From: an uncultured Gammaproteobacteria bacterium
GTDB lineage: Bacteria > Patescibacteriota > Patescibacteriia > XYB2-FULL-38-15
Assembly (NCBI GenBank): GCA_965231095.1
Contig: OZ246416.1
Location: forward strand, 249,228-313,227
Direction of reading: 5' to 3'
DNA length: 64,000 nucleotides
Shown: piece after piece, positions 58,656 through 64,000 of the stretch
How positions within the stretch are numbered: position 1 is the first letter of the stretch
Layout of the letters: the number at the start of each line of letters is the position of its first letter
Program-made: the position numbers and the translations under genes
Notes under the pieces: model-generated
What the model saw: only the letters and a program-made list of their open reading frames with translations
Database searches by the model: none
What the model was told of the DNA's origin: nothing

Positions 58656-59120
58656 TTACTTTATTTCAAGAATCGTGTAGTCAACCATTCCCTTTGGCAC
58701 CTGGATTTGAACCTTATCTCCTCTTTTCTTTCCCAAAAACGCCCGGCCGAGTGGAGATTCATTGGAAATTTTCCCAGCGAGCGGTTCTGCTTCGGCCACG
58801 CCGACGATCTCATATTCCGCCTCTGCCCCATCACTTTTTACTTTTACTTTTGACCCAACGCGGACAATATCAATTCTTCCATCGCCGTTTATAATTTCCG
58901 CGCGGGCAATCATATCTTGCAATTCAATAATTCTGCCTTCTGTGAATGCCTGTTCGTCTTTGGCCGCGGCGTACTCGGCATTTTCGGATAAGTCGCCGAG
59001 TTCTTTGGCGCGTTCAATGCGCTCAATAATTTCTTTTCTTTTTACATTTACCAAATCTTCCAGCTCTTGCTTAAATTTTTCCAAACCTTCGCGCGACACG
59101 TACATTTTTTGATCCGACAT
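58656..59120 (-). CDS. greA: Transcription elongation factor GreA
   Basis: GDLSENAEY.AAK, ISNESPLG. Confidence 0.97.
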   Translation of the reverse strand: MSDQKMYVSREGLEKFKQELEDLVNVKRKEIIERIERAKELGDLSENAEYAAAKDEQAFTEGRIIELQDMIARAEIINGDGRIDIVRVGSKVKVKSDGAEAEYEIVGVAEAEPLAGKISNESPLGRAFLGKKRGDKVQIQVPKGMVDYTILEIK

Positions 59121-59199
59121 AGATAATTTTTAAAAGTTATACACAATATGTTGTTAAGTATAATGGAGATTAATAATGTTGGCAATAGGCTACGGCAAA

Positions 59200-61182
59200 T
59201 TATCTGGAAAAATACCACATCATAAATTCCCGCGCGATATCAAGGGCGATTCTACTCCCCTCTTCCCCTTCCTCAACAAGAATGGTCACCGTAATTTCCG
59301 GATTTTCGTATGGGGCAAAAGCCGTAAACCAAGCGTGCGGAGATTTCGTCGTACTCCATTGAGCCGTACCGGTTTTCGCGGCTGAAGTTACAGGTAAATC
59401 AAGCATCCGCTCGGCGCTGCCGGAAGTGACGGTTTGTCTCATTCCCGCCCTAACAATATCAATATTTTCTTTGCTGATAAAATTTTCTCTAACTAAATAA
59501 TTTTCCGCGGTAAATTTTTCCGTTTCAATCGCTTCCAAAAAATGCGGGCGGTAGAGCGCGCCGCCATTCGCGAAAACCGTTGTGGAAACGGCAATCTGGA
59601 GCGGCGTCACTAAAAGATCTCCCTGGCCGATGGCTAAATGATACGTGTCGCCAATATACCACTGCTCACCCTTGGTTTCTTCTTTCCATTCCTCGCTTGG
59701 CAAAAATCCCTCCGCTTCGTTTGGCAAATCAACTCCCAATTTTTCTCCAAAACCAAAAAGTTTTGCATATTTCACAATTCGTTCCACGCCCAACCCCTCA
59801 AATTCTTCATATCCTCCGCCGATGATGTAGAAAAAAGTGTTAACCGAATCGGCAATCGCTTTGGTGACGTTTGTCAGGCCATGTCCGCCCGCGAGCCAAT
59901 CAGGGAAAAACCAACTGCTTATCCGCAAACCGCCAACGCTTAAAAATGACGTATTTCTATTTATAATTTTCTCTTCTAACGCCGCCGACGCGATCACCGG
60001 CTTGATCGTTGAACCGGAAGGATATTCACCCATAACCGCGCGATTGAAAAGCGGATTGTTCGGATTATTGATAAGCAGCTCGTAATCTTTTTGGGAAATT
60101 CCCTTGGCAAAAAGATTATTATCAAACGCGGGCCAACTTACCATAGTTAATATTTCTCCGTTTTTTGAATCAAGTACAATCGCCGCGGCTCGGGATTTTT
60201 TCGCGGCGGCAAGATGTTTTTTTACGATTTCCTCCATCTTTTTTTGGGCCAGAATATCAAGCGACAAAGTAATATTTTTCCCGCGGATTGGATCTTCTTT
60301 GGCAATCACACTTTTTTCTTTTCCCAGCGCGTCAACTTCAACTTGTCTTTTGCCGTTTTGCCCGCGAAGCAATTCTTCATAAAATAATTCCAAACCGGTT
60401 TTACCAAGATAATCAGTTGAATTATAATTTTTATTTTCCGCCAAATCTTTTTCATTAACTTTCCCAACATAACCCAAAATATGCGATAAACTTTCCGCCA
60501 CCTCCCCGTTCTCATCCAAATATTCACGCCGGCTTTCCAGCTTCAAATCAATGCCGGAAAAATATGTGCTCTCTATTTTAAGGCGCATGGCTTCCTCGTA
60601 GGAAACATTCTCCCGAAGCATAATCGGCGCAAAGGAGTAAGGCGAAGTGGCGCCTAACTTTTCTTCAATTTCTTTCGGGGGAATTTTTATCACTTCCGCC
60701 AAATTTTCTATCGCGCCAATTTTCTCCTTATCATCTTTTGGAAAATCGGTCGGAATTAAATAGAGAGAAAAAGTCGGCACATTTTTCACAAGCACTTTCA
60801 AATTTCTATCATAGATAATACCTCTCTCGGCGGCGGCGTAAATTGTTCTGATACGATTACCCTCCGCCATTTCCCTAAAATGCGCTCCTCGAATAATTTG
60901 CAAATAAGCGGTTTTCCCAAATAAAATCGCAAGAACTCCAAAAATAAAAATTAAAAAAATAGTCAGCCTTTTTTGATTCAAGGCCAACCCCAAAAACTCT
61001 TTTCTTTTTCCCCAATCGTTCTCGCCCCCATTCCCCCCGGCGTCGACCGAATTTCCGACTTCAAAACTTTCCTCAACCCAGTCCAAGTTTCTGTCCGAAT
61101 TCAAGCGAAAATTTCTTTCTCTAATTTCCCGAACGGCGAAGGGATCGCGCGATCTAATTTTATTTTTTCCAAAAATATTCAT
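59200..61182 (-). CDS. mrdA: Penicillin-binding protein 2
   Basis: RGIIYDRN, SxxK (GSTIK), SxN (SVN), KTGT. Confidence 0.94.
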   Translation of the reverse strand: MNIFGKNKIRSRDPFAVREIRERNFRLNSDRNLDWVEESFEVGNSVDAGGNGGENDWGKRKEFLGLALNQKRLTIFLIFIFGVLAILFGKTAYLQIIRGAHFREMAEGNRIRTIYAAAERGIIYDRNLKVLVKNVPTFSLYLIPTDFPKDDKEKIGAIENLAEVIKIPPKEIEEKLGATSPYSFAPIMLRENVSYEEAMRLKIESTYFSGIDLKLESRREYLDENGEVAESLSHILGYVGKVNEKDLAENKNYNSTDYLGKTGLELFYEELLRGQNGKRQVEVDALGKEKSVIAKEDPIRGKNITLSLDILAQKKMEEIVKKHLAAAKKSRAAAIVLDSKNGEILTMVSWPAFDNNLFAKGISQKDYELLINNPNNPLFNRAVMGEYPSGSTIKPVIASAALEEKIINRNTSFLSVGGLRISSWFFPDWLAGGHGLTNVTKAIADSVNTFFYIIGGGYEEFEGLGVERIVKYAKLFGFGEKLGVDLPNEAEGFLPSEEWKEETKGEQWYIGDTYHLAIGQGDLLVTPLQIAVSTTVFANGGALYRPHFLEAIETEKFTAENYLVRENFISKENIDIVRAGMRQTVTSGSAERMLDLPVTSAAKTGTAQWSTTKSPHAWFTAFAPYENPEITVTILVEEGEEGSRIALDIAREFMMWYFSR

Positions 61183-61187
61183 TATTT

Positions 61188-61745
61188 TTACTTTATATCA
61201 AGAAAAACCGATTTTAATTTTTTACTTACAAAATTAAACACTAAAAACATTACCGCCAAAAATGAAACACTAAAAATTATTTGCCAGAGGAGGCCGAAAA
61301 TATTGGCGCGGCTTAAAAATTTATCAAGATTATCCGGCGCGCCAAAAATAAAAAATAAAAAATTAAAAATCAGCAAAAATAAAATATACGCCGCGTTACC
61401 CAGAAAACCAAGAATAACTAAGGAGTACAAAGAGCGATTGGTAAAAAAATTTTTAAAAAGAAAATTTAAAATTACCGCAACGAGGAGGAGCACGACCGCC
61501 ATTGTTCCAAAGCCAGAAAAAGAAAACATATCAAGAATTAAGCCGGAAAAAAGCGCGAACCATAACGCTTGGCGGAAATTCAAAAGAACAGTTATAAAAA
61601 TTAAAATGGACAAAACTAAATTAAAATAATTAAACGGCCGGGGCAACGTGGCAATAAATCCGGTCTGAAATAAAACCAACAAAATCATTGCCGCCGCCTT
61701 GCCTAGAATTTTAAAAAAATATCCGACGCGTTCAAATTTTTTCAT
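61188..61745 (-). CDS. mreD: Rod shape-determining protein MreD-like
   Basis: Multi-TM with GLILD..S...FG; located between mreC and mrdA. Confidence 0.75.
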   Translation of the reverse strand: MKKFERVGYFFKILGKAAAMILLVLFQTGFIATLPRPFNYFNLVLSILIFITVLLNFRQALWFALFSGLILDMFSFSGFGTMAVVLLLVAVILNFLFKNFFTNRSLYSLVILGFLGNAAYILFLLIFNFLFFIFGAPDNLDKFLSRANIFGLLWQIIFSVSFLAVMFLVFNFVSKKLKSVFLDIK

Positions 61746-61748
61746 AAT

Positions 61749-62546
61749 TTACTCGTTGGAGGGAAGGAGAATCATTACCGTGTTTAGATTTTCATAAACC
61801 GCGAGCGGGCTGATTATCGCTTCACTAAAAATGTCCCTTGACTCTTTTTTAACTTCCGCCACTTTTCCTATCACCAACCCTTTTGGCATATTAAGCTCCA
61901 GCCCGGAGGTCACAACAACATCATCGCGAGAAATTTCTTTTTCTTGAGGAATAAATTCCATTTTAATTCCCAACCCCTTTTCTCCTCGAACCAAACCGCT
62001 TGTCCTGCCCTCCTCTTCACCCAAAATCGCGGCGGCGGTCTGAAAATTGGAATCAGTCGGAATAATCATTACTGAAAGATTGTCCTCCGCTTTTAAAATT
62101 TTCCCAACCAATATCCCTTCGGGGGAAACTACGGGTAAATTATTTTGAATGCCGCCTTTTTTCCCCTTATTCAAAATAAAATAATTGGAAAAATTTGGAT
62201 CACGGCCGACCACGCTCGCCATCAAAAAATCGTACGCTTTTTCTTTTTGAAAATTCAAGGCCTTCCTTAATTCCGCATTTTCTCGTTCGAAAGATTGCAA
62301 CCTGGCATTCTCCGCGATCAACCAATTTTTTTCCGACTCCAACTTTTCGTAGTCAGAGCGGGTTATGTCTTCCCGCCAAATTGATTGTATTTTCTGGCTG
62401 AAATTATAAAATCCGGAACCAACCGGACTTAAAATTCCAATCACCGAATTTTCTATCGGAGAAATAACTCCGCTGTAATGTAGGGCCACCAACACCAAAA
62501 AAATCACAATTATTGTCAGGATTGATTTTGACGGGATAAAACGCAT
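61749..62546 (-). CDS. mreC: Rod shape-determining protein MreC
   Basis: EN.ELR..L, LNKG...GI, VVTSGL..P.GLVIG. Confidence 0.93.
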   Translation of the reverse strand: MRFIPSKSILTIIVIFLVLVALHYSGVISPIENSVIGILSPVGSGFYNFSQKIQSIWREDITRSDYEKLESEKNWLIAENARLQSFERENAELRKALNFQKEKAYDFLMASVVGRDPNFSNYFILNKGKKGGIQNNLPVVSPEGILVGKILKAEDNLSVMIIPTDSNFQTAAAILGEEEGRTSGLVRGEKGLGIKMEFIPQEKEISRDDVVVTSGLELNMPKGLVIGKVAEVKKESRDIFSEAIISPLAVYENLNTVMILLPSNE

Positions 62547-62552
62547 AATTAA

Positions 62553-62662
62553 AATTTCTAATTACTAATTCCTAATTTCTAATAAAAATCCAATCGCCAA
62601 TGACCAATTTAAAGATTAAATTTGGGAATTCATTGGAAATTGGAAATTAGAAATTGGAAATT
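62553..62662. repeat. Inverted pair of heptamer arrays between mreB and mreC
   Basis: AATTTCT/AATTACT/AATTCCT/AATTTCT versus TGGAAAT/TGGAAAT/TAGAAAT/TGGAAAT. Confidence 0.75.
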
Positions 62663-62667
62663 ATATT

Positions 62668-63723
62668 TTATCTTCTCTTCTCTTCTTCTTGAGTTGAGGG
62701 AATAGCAATTTCTTTGAGCAACGGAATATTTTCCAAAAGTAATCCGGTTCCTCGAACCGTTGAAGTCAGAGGATCATCGGCAACCCGGACGGGAATGTCC
62801 GTAGCTCGAGTTATTGCCTGATCAAGGCCGCGAAGCAGGGCTCCGCCGCCGGTCAAAATCATTCCGCGCTCAAAAATATCAGCCAAAAGTTCCGGTGGAG
62901 TTACCTCAAGTGTCGCCTTGACTCCTTCAATGATTTGTTTGACGGAACGGCTTAGCGCTTCGCGAATCTGCGTGTCGTTAACCGTAACCGACTTTGGCAA
63001 TCCGGTCAGAAGATCCCTGCCGCGCATTTCCATGGAAAGCGATTCTTTAAGTTCAGCCGCTGAACCGATTTTTATTTTTATATCTTCCGCAATTTTTTCT
63101 CCCAAAAGCAGATTAAAAACATCGCGGGCGTATTGAATAATATTTTTACTCATCTCTTCTCCGGCAACGCGTAAAGTTTTCCAAGTAACAACTCCCGAAA
63201 GAGCAATGACGGCGATCTCCGTCGTCCCCTCTCCCACGTCAATAATAATATTTCCCACCGCGTCGGAGATCGGCAATCTCGCGCCGAGCGCCGCGGCCAT
63301 AGTTTTTTCAATTAAAAAAACTTCTCTAGCCCCGGCTCCGAGCGCCGCGTCTTCCACGGCTTTTCTTTCAACTTCGGTGATATCAAGCGGAATGCCAATC
63401 ACCACCCGAGGTCTTGGCAAAATTGTAAAACCTTCCTGGTGAACTTTATCAATAAAATATTTCAACATTTTTTCCGTCACTTCAAAATCTGAAATAATCC
63501 CATCAACAATCGGGCGCGAAGCGACAATATGCGGCGGAGTTTTTCCGAGCATTTTTTTAGCGTCTTCTCCAATCGCCAAAATCTGTCCGGTTCTCGTGTT
63601 TATAGCCACAACCGAAGGCTCGTTCGTCACAATCCCTTTATCTTTTACAAATACTTTTGTATTGGCCGTACCAAGATCAATCCCAATATCTCTTGAAAAC
63701 CGGCCAAGTAAATTATTAAACAT
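62668..63723 (-). CDS. mreB: Rod shape-determining protein MreB
   Basis: DIGIDLGTANT, EPSVVA, GRDL.TGLP, LTGGGALL. Confidence 0.97.
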   Translation of the reverse strand: MFNNLLGRFSRDIGIDLGTANTKVFVKDKGIVTNEPSVVAINTRTGQILAIGEDAKKMLGKTPPHIVASRPIVDGIISDFEVTEKMLKYFIDKVHQEGFTILPRPRVVIGIPLDITEVERKAVEDAALGAGAREVFLIEKTMAAALGARLPISDAVGNIIIDVGEGTTEIAVIALSGVVTWKTLRVAGEEMSKNIIQYARDVFNLLLGEKIAEDIKIKIGSAAELKESLSMEMRGRDLLTGLPKSVTVNDTQIREALSRSVKQIIEGVKATLEVTPPELLADIFERGMILTGGGALLRGLDQAITRATDIPVRVADDPLTSTVRGTGLLLENIPLLKEIAIPSTQEEEKRR

Positions 63724-63766
63724 AATAAAATAAACTCAAAGTTCAAACGCCGAAAACCAAAACTAA

Positions 63767-64000
63767 TTATTTGAGATGTTTTGTTAATTGATTTATTTTT
63801 ACCAATTCAACTTCCGCCGCGCTCCTCTTTTTAACCTCCCCACTATTTTTTTCCAAAGTTTTTTCACTGATTACAAGTCGCAAAGGAATCCCAAACAAAT
63901 CACTCTCCGCCAATTTTACGCCGGAACTGGCCTCTTCTCGGTCATCATATAATACTTCAAATCCAGCTTTTTGTAAAGAGTCCAAAAGCCCTTCCGCCTC
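63767..64000 (-). CDS. proS: Prolyl-tRNA synthetase, C-terminal anticodon-binding domain (partial)
   Basis: VLYDDR...GVKL..SDL.GIP.R.VI. Confidence 0.85.
   Translation of the reverse strand, partial: EAEGLLDSLQKAGFEVLYDDREEASSGVKLAESDLFGIPLRLVISEKTLEKNSGEVKKRSAAEVELVKINQLTKHLK

Overview
A 64-kb chromosomal segment that most likely comes from a Patescibacteria (CPR, Parcubacteria-like) genome using genetic code 11. The taxonomy is inferred from gene content, AT-rich leaders without SD sites and typical CPR hypothetical families. The housekeeping backbone contains rpoD, tRNA-Asn(GTT), rsmI, metG, tatD, a two-component system, a full F0F1 atp operon, glycosyltransferases and an O-antigen ligase-like gene, fmt/def/priA, the AmmeMemoRadiSam genes, CIRCE-controlled clpB, gltX, ftsQ, alr, serS, lysS, greA, mreBCD-mrdA and the 3' end of proS. 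An ~8.3-kb serine-recombinase island is integrated in tRNA-Asn (24-bp direct repeat at 1615-1638 and 9908-9931). It carries a reverse transcriptase that fits no retron, group II intron or DGR pattern. Directly downstream is a separately promoted ~172-nt highly structured, probably pseudoknotted RNA, followed by membrane proteins and a HEPN protein. This RT + ncRNA locus is the best candidate for an undescribed DRT-like system. Other notable signals are: about a dozen self-contained GC-rich orphan cassettes; one cassette inside the atp operon enclosed by a perfect 21-bp inverted repeat; a duplicated 132-nt structured 3' element; a triplet of diverged paralogs; an RlmN-like radical SAM enzyme with a CX14CX2C motif; heptamer repeat arrays; and REP-like palindromes. 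All assignments were made by eye from motifs, and no database search or folding program was run.
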